NCBI GenBank assembly: GCA_963703315.1
Contig: OY969811.1
Location: 160,001-224,000 of the forward strand
Length of the DNA stretch: 64,000 nucleotides
Source: an uncultured cyanobacterium
GTDB lineage: Bacteria; Cyanobacteriota; Cyanobacteriia; Pseudanabaenales; Pseudanabaenaceae
Direction: 5' to 3'
In this document: one piece after another, positions 50,857 through 60,642 of the stretch
How positions within the stretch are numbered: the stretch's first letter is position 1
How the letters are laid out: the number at the start of each line of letters is the position of its first letter
Program-made: the position numbers and the translations under genes
Notes under the pieces: model-generated
What the model was told of the DNA's origin: nothing
Seen by the model: the letters and a program-made list of their open reading frames with translations, nothing else
Database searches by the model: none

Positions 50857-51074
50857 CCCACATTCCGCTCTTATTTTACTGAAAAAAATATTTAGAAAAC
50901 AAATCCTTATACAGTAAGTATTTTGGGCTTTCGTCAGAAAAATACCACTATCTTAATATTGTCAATAATGACGTACTAATAGGAGTTATTATCATTAATT
51001 TTTCAGAAAATCGCTGAAACCCTCATTGTCTCGTTGTAAATATTTTTAGGCTTCCATTACGAGCGGAATGTGGG
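50857..51074. mobile_element. 218-bp MITE, copy 2
   Basis: Same TIRs as 14598-14815; 6-bp direct repeat TTCAAC on both sides. Confidence 0.92.
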
Positions 51075-51078
51075 TTCA

Positions 51079-51112
51079 ACCACAGAATTTCCTCATTTTT
51101 CTAGATTAGACT
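51079..51112 (+). promoter_or_regulatory. Box plus -10 (site 5, no downstream ORF)
   Basis: ACCACA-N5-TCCTCA-N11-TAGACT. Confidence 0.45.
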
Positions 51113-51121
51113 CTGAATTAA

Positions 51122-51216
51122 TATAGCGTTTTTCAGTATAGTGAAGTACGGGTTTGTTTCCCCGCCTTTGGCGGGGAAACAAACCTATGTACCTCGCTTG
51201 CTTGAAACGCGCTATA
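51122..51216. repeat. TATAGC...GCTATA-bounded palindromic element
   Basis: TATAGCG...CGCTATA ends; core GGTTTGTTTCCCCGCC-ttt-GGCGGGGAAACAAACC. Confidence 0.65.
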
Positions 51217-51276
51217 TATAATATTTAGTTGAGGAGACTGCGTTTTAAGATATTTCAAGCCATAAATGAGATTGTG

Positions 51277-51327
51277 AACTATGACGGCTTTAAGTTTGTA
51301 AGAGACAAACTTAAAGCCGTCATAGTT
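51277..51327. terminator. Hairpin with 23-bp arms at the 3' end of the DUF1565 gene
   Basis: AACTATGACGGCTTTAAGTTTGT-aagag-ACAAACTTAAAGCCGTCATAGTT. Confidence 0.7.
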
Positions 51328-52886
51328 TAACGAAATGGAATAATTTCGGCACTAACCCCTGACTGGGCTAGTTTTTGGACTAGTTGATTAGCGGCAGGGC
51401 GATCGCTATAGGCTCCGACTTGAAGAACTATTCTGCCACTACGCGATAGACGGAAAGCATCAGGAACAATAGTTCTTACCCGTTGGGTCACCGATGTGGA
51501 AGTCGTAGGCACAATGACGCGATATTGAAATGGCTTGCCAGTGGTGGGATCAAGATTGGCTGGTGGTAAAGCTGCTACTTGCGTTTGGGCTGTAGTTGTA
51601 GTTCCATAGGAACGTTCAATAATGATAGTGGTTGGTGCGCCATTGCTGGGATTTGCAGAAATGACTGTAGTTGGTGCGCCATTATTGGGGTTTGCAGAAA
51701 TTACCGTGGTTGGCGCGCCATTATTAGGATTTGTGGAAATGACTGGATTTGGTAATACTTGGCTAGTGGGTTTCGCTGGTACAAATACTGTTGTTGGCGT
51801 AGGAACGACATTCGGCTGAGTGGGAATGGTCGTTCCTGTATTGGTCGAGGATGCAGAAATGGATGGAAGAGGCGTAGGAGTGGAGAAGGTTGGCGTGGCG
51901 ATCGCGGTAATTGGCGATCGCGAGGCGGTGAGGTCAAGTAAGCCTTTAACTCGCGATCGATTAATTTGATTGCCAACCGCCGCTAAGGGAATTGTGGTGG
52001 CATTGTTAATATCAAATTCGCGATTGTTGCTAAAGATATTGTTTCCCTGTGAAGTCGTTGTGCCAAGATCGGGACGGGGAGAGCCAGAGGAACTACTGAG
52101 AACAACTAGTCCATTGCGCTGATTATCAGAAATGGCATTCCCTCTCAAGGTTGGCTGAGCCGTATTAGAAATGACGATGCCATCAACATTACGCGAGATT
52201 TGATTATTCGCTAAAACCACCTGTGATTGTTGTCCAATCGATAGTCCAAAGCCTGTATTCTCAAATCTATTATCACGAATTTCACCAGTACTTGTACCAA
52301 CTGCGGAAATTCCACTACCTGTATTACCCGTAAAGAGATTGTTGCTGATATAGGCATTGGCGCTACCTGTAAGGAAAATGCCATCGTGGGTATTGCGGGT
52401 AAAACTATTGTTGGCAATCACGACATTGCGACTAGACTCTAGCCATAGTCCATAACCGCGTGGATTATTATTTGTAATGGTAACCCCTTCGAGTCGGGAG
52501 TTATTAGCAGCCACGATCGCAATATTTTGGCTAGCAAAAGTGGAACTGACAAAGCGCCCCCCACCATTAATGATCACATTACTTCCATTGGCACTAGGGT
52601 TACCGCGTACGATCGCGCCTCTGGGAAGACGAATTGGGAAGTTTTCGCCAGTTCCTGCACTATAAGTTCCATTACTTAATTGGAAAATGGTTCCTTCTTG
52701 AGGATTCGCAGCGATCGCCGCAGTGAGAGTCCGAAAAGGTTGATTTTGGACACCTGCTCCTACTGTATCGGAGCCTTGAGGAGAGACAAAAACTATTTGT
52801 TGTTGAGAAGTTTGCGCCCAAGCGATCGATGGCACACCGAGAGACAATACAAAAGCGACATTAAGAAGACAGGGAAACTTATTCAT
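51327..52886 (-). CDS. Secreted DUF1565 beta-helix protein with C-terminal SPOR-like domain
   Basis: Signal peptide from MNKFPCLL (52886); FVSPQGSD...PFRTLT; GENFPI; parallel beta-helix repeats; LQVGAYSDR. Confidence 0.8.
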   Translation of the reverse strand: MNKFPCLLNVAFVLSLGVPSIAWAQTSQQQIVFVSPQGSDTVGAGVQNQPFRTLTAAIAANPQEGTIFQLSNGTYSAGTGENFPIRLPRGAIVRGNPSANGSNVIINGGGRFVSSTFASQNIAIVAANNSRLEGVTITNNNPRGYGLWLESSRNVVIANNSFTRNTHDGIFLTGSANAYISNNLFTGNTGSGISAVGTSTGEIRDNRFENTGFGLSIGQQSQVVLANNQISRNVDGIVISNTAQPTLRGNAISDNQRNGLVVLSSSSGSPRPDLGTTTSQGNNIFSNNREFDINNATTIPLAAVGNQINRSRVKGLLDLTASRSPITAIATPTFSTPTPLPSISASSTNTGTTIPTQPNVVPTPTTVFVPAKPTSQVLPNPVISTNPNNGAPTTVISANPNNGAPTTVISANPSNGAPTTIIIERSYGTTTTAQTQVAALPPANLDPTTGKPFQYRVIVPTTSTSVTQRVRTIVPDAFRLSRSGRIVLQVGAYSDRPAANQLVQKLAQSGVSAEIIPFR

Positions 52887-53151
52887 AAAATTAACAGGGA
52901 AAGTAACAGCGTAAAGGGGAAACTCAGGATTTTGAATACCGAGAGAAAGACGAGTGAGGGACAGAACTGAAGCCTTTATATCAGTTTTCACTTTACCTAC
53001 GGCAAAGTGAAAACTCAAAACCTTGACTACTGCAAGACGCTATAGGTGTGTGAGGGTCTAACAGATATCTTTCAAAGATACAGCAATAGACTAAAAGTAA
53101 GTTATTTTTGTTTCTATCCGTTTTCTCCACAAAGAGAAAGCTTAATTATTT

Positions 53152-53281
53152 GTAGGATGCGTTAGTGAAACGTAACGCATCCATTGGGTAAAGATGATGG
53201 GTTACGCGATCGCTAATTTATCCTAAATAATGCATCCATTGGGTAAAGATGATGGGTTACGCGATCGCTAACCCATCCTAC
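53152..53281. repeat. GTAG-type REP cluster with partial internal duplication
   Basis: GTAGGATGCGTTAG...GTAACGCATC plus two inverted GATGGGTTACGCGATCGCTAA units. Confidence 0.7.
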
Positions 53282-53298
53282 GCTTAATTTCAGAGGTT

Positions 53299-54042
53299 AT
53301 GTCAAATATGAGAATTGTGTTAATAGAAACGGCGGGGGCGCGTAACCTTGGTTCTGTGGCGCGGGTAATGAAAAATTTTGGATTATCAGAATTATGGCTG
53401 GTAAATCCGAAATGCGATCGCCTCGGTGATGAAGCGATGCAAATGGCAGTCCATGCCCCTGAAATTTTAGAAAATGCCAAGATTGTCGATCGCTTGCCCC
53501 AAGCCTTAGTCAATTGCCAAAGGGCGATCGCCACCGCAGGCAGAATCGATAAAGGCGAGATGAAAGTCACCAATCCACCACAAGGTTTGAGTTGGCTCTC
53601 GCAAGCTACTACCAGTGCGATCGTCTTTGGTGCGGAAGATCGGGGCTTGAGCAATGCCGAAATTCAACATTGCCAGCAAGTGATGCGAATCCCTGTCAAT
53701 CCCGACTATCCATCCCTCAATTTGGCGCAAGCAGTAGGGATATGTTGCTATCAATGGCAGCTATTACAAGAAAATATCCAATACCCCGAAAATTTGACTA
53801 GCCAAATCGCGCAAGATTTGATAAAGTCAGCACCCATAGACCTTGCCGTTCGCGAAGACCTAGAAGCTTGCTATCAGCAACTTGAAGCAGTGTTGCTCAA
53901 GATCGGCTATGTTTATCCACATACTGCCGTACATCGGTTGCGAAAGTTTCGAGGGATCTTCGACCGTGCAAATCTGAGTTCATCAGAAGTTGCGATGCTG
54001 CGAGGAATTTTGCGCCAAGTTAACTGGGCTACCAATAAGTAA
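53299..54042 (+). CDS. TrmJ/LasT-family SPOUT RNA methyltransferase
   Basis: NLGSVARVMKNFG, FGAEDRGLSN and YPSLNLAQAV motifs. Confidence 0.9.
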   Translation: MSNMRIVLIETAGARNLGSVARVMKNFGLSELWLVNPKCDRLGDEAMQMAVHAPEILENAKIVDRLPQALVNCQRAIATAGRIDKGEMKVTNPPQGLSWLSQATTSAIVFGAEDRGLSNAEIQHCQQVMRIPVNPDYPSLNLAQAVGICCYQWQLLQENIQYPENLTSQIAQDLIKSAPIDLAVREDLEACYQQLEAVLLKIGYVYPHTAVHRLRKFRGIFDRANLSSSEVAMLRGILRQVNWATNK

Positions 54043-54128
54043 TTTTTTAGTAACAAACTTGTTTAACTAAAAAATTACAGAAAAAATACCTTCCAAGACA
54101 TTCTTTGATATCGGAGTTATAAATAGCA

Positions 54129-55679
54129 GTGGAACCAAAAAACTTTTCATCGCCTGACGCTACCGAAAAAAGCCGAGAAGCGCGTTTAAATAAGTTGCGC
54201 GAGCGTCGCACCAAGGCTGTGACAAGCAATAGCGAAGCTGTGCTTCGTCCTTTAGGTTCTGACTCGAAACCTCGATCTTTGCGATCGCCTGAACCCCTTG
54301 AAAATCGGTTTGCAGGTCGCAGCGAAAGTCGTCTAGAAAGCAAGCTCAAGCCTTTGCCCAATCGTTCAGGCAGAATTGAAGCCCGTCCTGAACAACGTCC
54401 TGAAAGTTTTAACGCCAATCGCCCCGATAGTCGCACAGAAATAAAACCTCGCCGCAAACCCAATAGTTCTCATAATCGTCCCATTCCTATTAAGTCACCC
54501 GTTAAGTCTTTCGGCTGGCAAGCATTACGTTTGGCGATCGCAGGCATTGGTCTGAGTGTCATCGCAGGAACCGCGATGTCCTTTTGGCAAAATCAACAAT
54601 CCGCCCGTGCGAAAACACTTACTCCTGAAGTAGCCGTTAAAGAAGAAACCAAGTCTAACCAAGACATTATTCCTCTTGATCTGAAAACTGAAGCCACACC
54701 TCTACTCAGCAAAATCAAGGAATTAGCAGCTAAAGAAAAAGATCTATCAATGCAAATGATGGTGGTCGATCTGGACTCTGGGGCTTATGTACAGATTGGG
54801 GCAACTCAGTCGATCGCCGCCGCAAGTACGATCAAGACACCAATTCTGGTTGCTTTCTTTCAAGATGTGGATGCAGGGAAAATTAAGCTTGATGAGCCAC
54901 TAGAGATGACTGATGATGTCAAGGTGGGAGAAGCTGGTGATTTCCAGTTTTTACCAACGGGTACAAAAATCTCAGCGCTAGAAACTGCAACCCAAATGAT
55001 CATCATTAGTGACAACACTGCTACTAATATGATCATCAAGCGATTGGGAGGAACTACGGCTCTGACTCAGCGTTTTAAATCTTGGGGACTCAATAACATT
55101 GTTTTGAATAACCAACTACCAGATCTTGAAGGCACAAATACCATTAGTACTCAAGATATGGTGTCATTATTGGCAATGCTGGATAAAGGTAAATTGATCG
55201 AGCCACGTAGCCGCGATCGCTTTATGGACATCATGCGCCGTCCTGTCACTAACACCCTCTTGCCCAAGGGCATTGGCGAAGATGCACGCATTATTCATAA
55301 AACAGGAGATATCGGTTTAGCGGTGGGTGATGCAGGTATTGTCGATATGCCTAACGGTAAACGCTATGCGATCGCGGTGATGGTCAAGCGTCCTGACAAT
55401 GATCAACGCGCTAATGAGCTAATTCGTCAAATCTCCCGAGCAACCTACGATTATTTCCGCAGTGGTGGGACTTTGCCAGCTAATAATGCTAGTCCTAATA
55501 CCACCACCGTCGCTCCAGATGCTTCCAATGCGGTAAATCCTAACTCTAATAGTCCTGCTACCAATTCTAATAATGCTAATACTCCTAACAATCGAGGAAC
55601 TAGCATTATTGAATCTATCCCTCTCCCTTTGCCAAATGCATCTCCAAGTGCATCCCCATCACCCAATTCACTCCCATAG
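54129..55679 (+). CDS. Class A beta-lactamase-like serine hydrolase with disordered N-terminus and TM anchor
   Basis: AASTIK (SxxK), SDN and HKTG motifs. Confidence 0.88.
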   Translation: MEPKNFSSPDATEKSREARLNKLRERRTKAVTSNSEAVLRPLGSDSKPRSLRSPEPLENRFAGRSESRLESKLKPLPNRSGRIEARPEQRPESFNANRPDSRTEIKPRRKPNSSHNRPIPIKSPVKSFGWQALRLAIAGIGLSVIAGTAMSFWQNQQSARAKTLTPEVAVKEETKSNQDIIPLDLKTEATPLLSKIKELAAKEKDLSMQMMVVDLDSGAYVQIGATQSIAAASTIKTPILVAFFQDVDAGKIKLDEPLEMTDDVKVGEAGDFQFLPTGTKISALETATQMIIISDNTATNMIIKRLGGTTALTQRFKSWGLNNIVLNNQLPDLEGTNTISTQDMVSLLAMLDKGKLIEPRSRDRFMDIMRRPVTNTLLPKGIGEDARIIHKTGDIGLAVGDAGIVDMPNGKRYAIAVMVKRPDNDQRANELIRQISRATYDYFRSGGTLPANNASPNTTTVAPDASNAVNPNSNSPATNSNNANTPNNRGTSIIESIPLPLPNASPSASPSPNSLP

Positions 55680-55806
55680 TTAAAAAAGCCCCGCGTTGCG
55701 AGGCTTTTTTCAGAAATTTCCAATCAACCGAACCAATAATTCTTTAAAAGTGTTGCGGAGCAACACTTTTAAAGAATTATTGGTTCGTTTTTGATTGATT
55801 TGCACA

Positions 55807-56388
55807 CTAAGCTTTTTTACCATGATCTCTAGGCTGTGAGATATCTGAAGCTTTAGGTTCAGATATGGGTGAGGTGTGATCGCTACTCAGACTATTGTGG
55901 GGCAAAGGTTGCTTGGCGATCGCTGCTTCGATGTTGGCAGCCATAATATCGCGGGGAATTACGCCCGTGTTATCGCCAATTAATTGATTTTCACGATCTA
56001 AAAAGATAAATCTGGGAATACCATCAACGCGATATTTAGTTACCTCTGGCAACCATTTAGTATTGTCCACATTCAGCATCACAAAATTCAGGCGATCGCT
56101 ATATTCCTTTTCAAGAGAAAGATTATCTGCCGCCATCGACTGACAACTCGTACACCAGTCTGCATAAAACTCAATTACGGTGGGTTTATCATTGGCGATC
56201 GCCTCATCAATCGGAAGTGCTGCCGCCGCCACTGCATCTAGGGAAGTACTACTTTGCTGTGTCTGAAACCCAAAGAATAACGCTGTGGTTAGGATAATTG
56301 CGGCGATCGCCACTAATAAATTGCGTAAGGGTAAATTGCGTAACTGGGAAGACGCAGGGGATGGACTGGGAGGATTTTCTGAATTCAT
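55807..56388 (-). CDS. Membrane-anchored thioredoxin-like protein (TxlA/HCF164-like)
   Basis: EFYADWCTSC, FVMLNVDN and VDGIP motifs; N-terminal TM segment; start placed at MNSENP. Confidence 0.85.
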   Translation of the reverse strand: MNSENPPSPSPASSQLRNLPLRNLLVAIAAIILTTALFFGFQTQQSSTSLDAVAAAALPIDEAIANDKPTVIEFYADWCTSCQSMAADNLSLEKEYSDRLNFVMLNVDNTKWLPEVTKYRVDGIPRFIFLDRENQLIGDNTGVIPRDIMAANIEAAIAKQPLPHNSLSSDHTSPISEPKASDISQPRDHGKKA

Positions 56389-56527
56389 AACACTTAGTTC
56401 AAAGACTATTTCTATTATGCCGAGCAAGGTTTGCACTATGCTATGGAAATTCTAAATGATTAATGAGATGCTTACCTTTTGGGTAAGCATCTTAATTAAT
56501 TGAAAATTGAAATTACGCAATTAATCT

Positions 56528-58000
56528 ATGAGTAATTCCGAAAATTCCTTTGATTCCTCACCCTATGACCTGACCCAAACCAAACTCACTTTGAGTGAAA
56601 AGCTTGCCTATGGTGCGGGAGATTTGGGTACAGCAATCACCACTAATCTGCTCTCATTCTTTCTCTTATTCTTTTTTACCAATGTTGCAGGACTCGACCC
56701 CGCGCTTGCAGGATTAGTTTTATTGATTGGCAAAATCTTTGATGCAATTAACGACCCGATTATTGGTGTCCTCAGCGATCGCACGCAATCAAAACTAGGA
56801 AGAAGATTGCCTTGGATGATCTATTCCGCAATTCCCTTTGGATTGAGTTTTTTGGCGCAATGGCTCGTACCTACCACCGACAAAATACTTCTCTTTTGGT
56901 ATTACGTGATCATCGGCATTGTCTTTAATACCTTCTTCACTGCCGTTAATCTTCCCTATACCGCCCTCACTCCCGAAATTACTCAAGACTATAACGAACG
57001 CACTAGTCTCAATACTTTCCGTTTTACCTTCTCCATCGGCGGTAGTATTCTCTCTCTATTTATCGCACAATTGATTTTTGCTTTTTTTAAAGATCCTGCA
57101 CGGCAGACTGGTAGCTGTAATACAGGGGGAATGCAATATATTGTGCTAGGAGCAGTCTGTGCGCTGATTTCCAGCATTTCTATCTATTGGTGTATATTTG
57201 GCATTAAGAGAAGAGCGATCGCTAGCGATCGCCATCGTATCCATAATGAATCCTTAGAGAGTCATGAAGAACTAAGCTTTGTCGAGCAGTTAAAAATAGT
57301 CTTCAATAATCGCCCCTTTCTCTTTGTGATTGGTATCTATTTCTGCTCATGGTTAGCCTTACAAATCACCGCCTCGATCATTCCCTATTTCGTGGTCAAT
57401 TGGATGAAGATGCAGGAGAGTGATTTCATTCTCGTGACGATCGCCGTCCAAGGTACGGCTTTGCTCATGCTGTCGGTATGGAGCGCAATTAGTAATCGCT
57501 TTGGCAAAAAAGCCGCCTATTTCATGGGTTCAGGTATCTGGATTATTGCCCAAGCAGGATTATTTTTCTTGCAAGAAGGACAAGTCGTGATGCTCTATGT
57601 CCTCGCGATTATGGCAGGGGCTGGCGTTTCCACTGCTTACCTAATTCCTTGGTCGATGATTCCCGATGTTACTGATCTCGATGAATTAGAGACAGGTCAA
57701 CGTCGCGAAGGAATCTTCTATGCTTTCATGGTGCTATTACAGAAGTTTGGTCTAGCTGGTGGCTTATTTCTATTAGGAATCGGCTTGTCATGGGCAAAAT
57801 TTCAAGAAAGTGTACCTTGTCAGCCTTTACCTGTGCAGCCAGACTCAGCATTATTTGCGATCAGAGTCGCGATCGGTCCCTTACCCACGATCGCTCTAGT
57901 CATTGGTTTAGTCTTGGCATACTTCTATCCGATTACTCGCGAAGTGCATACAGAGATCTTGATGCGTCTAGCAGAGAAAAGAAGACAACCAAACGATTAA
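56528..58000 (+). CDS. MFS glycoside-pentoside-hexuronide (MelB-like) symporter
   Basis: EKLAYGAGDLG, DAINDPIIGVLSDRT...GRR and RREGIFY motifs. Confidence 0.9.
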   Translation: MSNSENSFDSSPYDLTQTKLTLSEKLAYGAGDLGTAITTNLLSFFLLFFFTNVAGLDPALAGLVLLIGKIFDAINDPIIGVLSDRTQSKLGRRLPWMIYSAIPFGLSFLAQWLVPTTDKILLFWYYVIIGIVFNTFFTAVNLPYTALTPEITQDYNERTSLNTFRFTFSIGGSILSLFIAQLIFAFFKDPARQTGSCNTGGMQYIVLGAVCALISSISIYWCIFGIKRRAIASDRHRIHNESLESHEELSFVEQLKIVFNNRPFLFVIGIYFCSWLALQITASIIPYFVVNWMKMQESDFILVTIAVQGTALLMLSVWSAISNRFGKKAAYFMGSGIWIIAQAGLFFLQEGQVVMLYVLAIMAGAGVSTAYLIPWSMIPDVTDLDELETGQRREGIFYAFMVLLQKFGLAGGLFLLGIGLSWAKFQESVPCQPLPVQPDSALFAIRVAIGPLPTIALVIGLVLAYFYPITREVHTEILMRLAEKRRQPND

Positions 58001-58100
58001 GTGGCTAGGCATAAAACCCAAAACCAGAGCTTGTGCTGCCCACACAAGCTCTGGTTTTGGGTTTTGACTGGATTCATGACAAAATATGTCGTAGTTACTT
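57998..58100. mobile_element. Degenerate family A mini-element
   Basis: TAAGTGGCTAGGCATA start at the MFS stop codon; AAAACCAGAGCTTGTG arm shared with 16016-16112. Confidence 0.6.
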
Positions 58101-58179
58101 GATTCTTCTAGGATAGTGTAATAATACTTGCAAAAATGAAGCTAAACCACCTCTAAATCGATTTTAGGTCGATAACATT

Positions 58180-58440
58180 ATGGATATAAAGCTCATCAAC
58201 ATCGGCTTTGGCAATATTGTGTCTGCAAACCGAGTTGTAGCGATCGTTAGCCCTGAATCTGCTCCCATTAAGCGTATCATTAGTGACGCTCGCGAACATG
58301 GTAAGTTGGTTGATGCTACCTACGGTAGACGTACTAGAGCCGTAATTGTCACCGATTCTAGTCATGTTGTTTTATCGGCAATTCAACCAGAAACTGTGGC
58401 AAATCGTTTTGTCATTAGTAAAGAAGGTACTACTGATTAA
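58180..58440 (+). CDS. DUF370 / RemA-family protein
   Basis: [28 protein letters not shown]...[11 protein letters not shown]; typical position upstream of gmk. Confidence 0.92.
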   Translation: MDIKLINIGFGNIVSANRVVAIVSPESAPIKRIISDAREHGKLVDATYGRRTRAVIVTDSSHVVLSAIQPETVANRFVISKEGTTD

Positions 58441-58642
58441 AAAACTTTAAACCCCTTACTGAGTAAGAGGTTTAAAGTTTTTTAATCTCTTAACAGAAAT
58501 TTACAGAAAATTTCTATCAACCAAACGAAGAAATTTTTTGAAAGTCTTGCTTTGCAAGACTTTCAAAAAATTTCTTCGTTTGAGTTTGAGCGCAAAGCGC
58601 TGTTATGCTATAGGAATTGATGCAGTTTTGAGAGAAGTTAAA

Positions 58643-59194
58643 TTGAGCGAAGGTAAACTAATCGTCGTAACGGGACCTAGTGGTGTCGGTAAAGGTACTT
58701 TACTCCAGAGATTACTAGCACTCTATCCCGATCGCATTCTCTTCTCAATCTCAGCAACCACGCGATCGCCCCGCGCAGGTGAAGAACATGGGCGTGAATA
58801 TTTTTTCTGGGATCGTACGGAATTTGAAAAAAAACGCGATGCAGGGGAGTTTCTCGAATGGGCGGAATATGCAGGAAATCTTTACGGTACACCACGCCAA
58901 GCAATTGATCAGGCGATCGCCTTGGGGCAGATTGTGATCTTAGAAATTGAACTGGAAGGGGCGCGACAGGTGGCAAAATCTTTTCCTACTGCCAAAAGAA
59001 TTTTTATTGCCCCACCCTCAATGGAGGTCTTAGAAAGTCGGTTGCGCGATCGCAGTACCGATAGTGATGAACAGATTATTAAACGATTGCACCATGCCAC
59101 CTTAGAAGTAGCTGCCGCCCATGAATTTGATCTCACCATAGTTAATGATGATCTAGAAATTGCATTGCAAGAACTCCAAAAAGCCATATTCTAG
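58643..59194 (+). CDS. gmk: Guanylate kinase
   Basis: GPSGVGKGT, SATTRSPRAGE and YGTP motifs; TTG 58643 is the likely start. Confidence 0.95.
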   Translation: MSEGKLIVVTGPSGVGKGTLLQRLLALYPDRILFSISATTRSPRAGEEHGREYFFWDRTEFEKKRDAGEFLEWAEYAGNLYGTPRQAIDQAIALGQIVILEIELEGARQVAKSFPTAKRIFIAPPSMEVLESRLRDRSTDSDEQIIKRLHHATLEVAAAHEFDLTIVNDDLEIALQELQKAIF

Positions 59195-59222
59195 TCATGC
59201 AAACCTAGCCGTAATTTTTCTA

Positions 59223-60533
59223 ATGACTATGTGGAGTCTCGTTGGCACTTTGCTACTATCGGTTTCAACTCAAGCCCTTGATGGGCGTGAAGTCGCCACA
59301 GTACCGCGATCGCTCATGAGCTATGCTACCCGTCCAGTGCTAGCCTCAGAAGCGATCGCCAATACCCAACCTGATCCCTTAGCCAAGCAAGCGATCCTCG
59401 TGATGCTCAATGAGCTTAAACAAGCAGGGCTAACTAATCCCGATCAAGGGGTCTGGATTCAGTCCCATGATGGATCACTCGCCTCAGGTTTATTATCGAA
59501 TCGTCCTTTGCCATCGGCATCCCTCACCAAAACTGTCACGACCTTAGCAGCTTTACAAACATGGGGATCGAACTATCGCTTTGTTACCAATTTCAGCACT
59601 ACAGGCACGATCTCAGGCGATACCCTCAAGGGTGATCTGATCATTGAAGGTAGCGGCGATCCATTCTTTGTATGGGAAGAGGCGATCGCCCTCGGTAATA
59701 AACTTAATCAGCTAGGCATTAAGCGCATTCAAGGTAATCTCCTGATTACAGGTAGATTCTCCATGAATTTTGAGTCTGACTTGCAAAAATCAGCAAACTT
59801 TTTGCGCTTAGCGTTGGATAGTAGTCGGTGGGAAGGGGAAGTCGCTGAGCAATATGCCACCATGCCTACGGGAACCCTCAAACCCCAAGTCGTGATTTTG
59901 GGTAATGTCAAGATTGTGCCAAATTCTGCCGCCGCCAATGTCACTAGCAAATTATTAATTCGCCATACATCGTTACCACTTTGGCAAATTTTGAAGCGGA
60001 TGAATACCTTCAGTAATAATGAAATGGCAGAAACCCTTGCTTCGCAGCTAGGTGGTGGCAAACAAGTGGCTGAGATCGCGGCTAATACTACGGGTATACC
60101 AATTTCTGAAATTAGATTAGTTAATGGTTCAGGTTTAGGACAAGCCAATCAGATTTCTCCTCGCGCCAGTGTCGCAATTTTAATGGCAGTCCATAACCGC
60201 GCTCAATTAGAGGGCTTAACCCTTGCTGACCTGTTCCCGACTAGCGATTGTAACTGCGGCACGATCGAGGGGCGCAAAATGCCGAAAGGGGCGATCGTCA
60301 AAACAGGAACTTTATCCGATGTCAGTGCCTTAGCAGGAGTTATTCAAACCCAGCAGCATGGAGCCGTCTGGTTTGCGATCGTCAATCGTGGTGAAGGTGA
60401 TATTGATGCTTTTCATCGATCGCAGGATCGGGTCTTACAAACTCTTGTTGCCAAATGGGGTTTACCCAAGTTTCCTACCAGTTTTGCCGAAACTCCGTGG
60501 CGCGATAGCGATCGTAACGAAATCATTAAATGA
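59223..60533 (+). CDS. dacB: D-Ala-D-Ala carboxypeptidase/endopeptidase (peptidase S13)
   Basis: SASLTK, GSGDP, SNN, NGSGL and KTGTL motifs. Confidence 0.85.
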   Translation: MTMWSLVGTLLLSVSTQALDGREVATVPRSLMSYATRPVLASEAIANTQPDPLAKQAILVMLNELKQAGLTNPDQGVWIQSHDGSLASGLLSNRPLPSASLTKTVTTLAALQTWGSNYRFVTNFSTTGTISGDTLKGDLIIEGSGDPFFVWEEAIALGNKLNQLGIKRIQGNLLITGRFSMNFESDLQKSANFLRLALDSSRWEGEVAEQYATMPTGTLKPQVVILGNVKIVPNSAAANVTSKLLIRHTSLPLWQILKRMNTFSNNEMAETLASQLGGGKQVAEIAANTTGIPISEIRLVNGSGLGQANQISPRASVAILMAVHNRAQLEGLTLADLFPTSDCNCGTIEGRKMPKGAIVKTGTLSDVSALAGVIQTQQHGAVWFAIVNRGEGDIDAFHRSQDRVLQTLVAKWGLPKFPTSFAETPWRDSDRNEIIK

Positions 60534-60642
60534 CCAAAGCGGCGCTTTAGTTATTTATGGTCAACATGGCAACATTTAGATAATCGCAATTTAGGCTAGA
60601 CTATGAAATGATTATGAAAAGCTTAAACCAAGCCCACAAACG

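Noticed and set aside
26363..58642. N-terminal extensions in the ORF track for frr, rpsL, the DUF1565 protein and gmk
   Set aside because: Family homology begins at downstream starts; the extensions overlap upstream genes, promoters or palindromic repeats.
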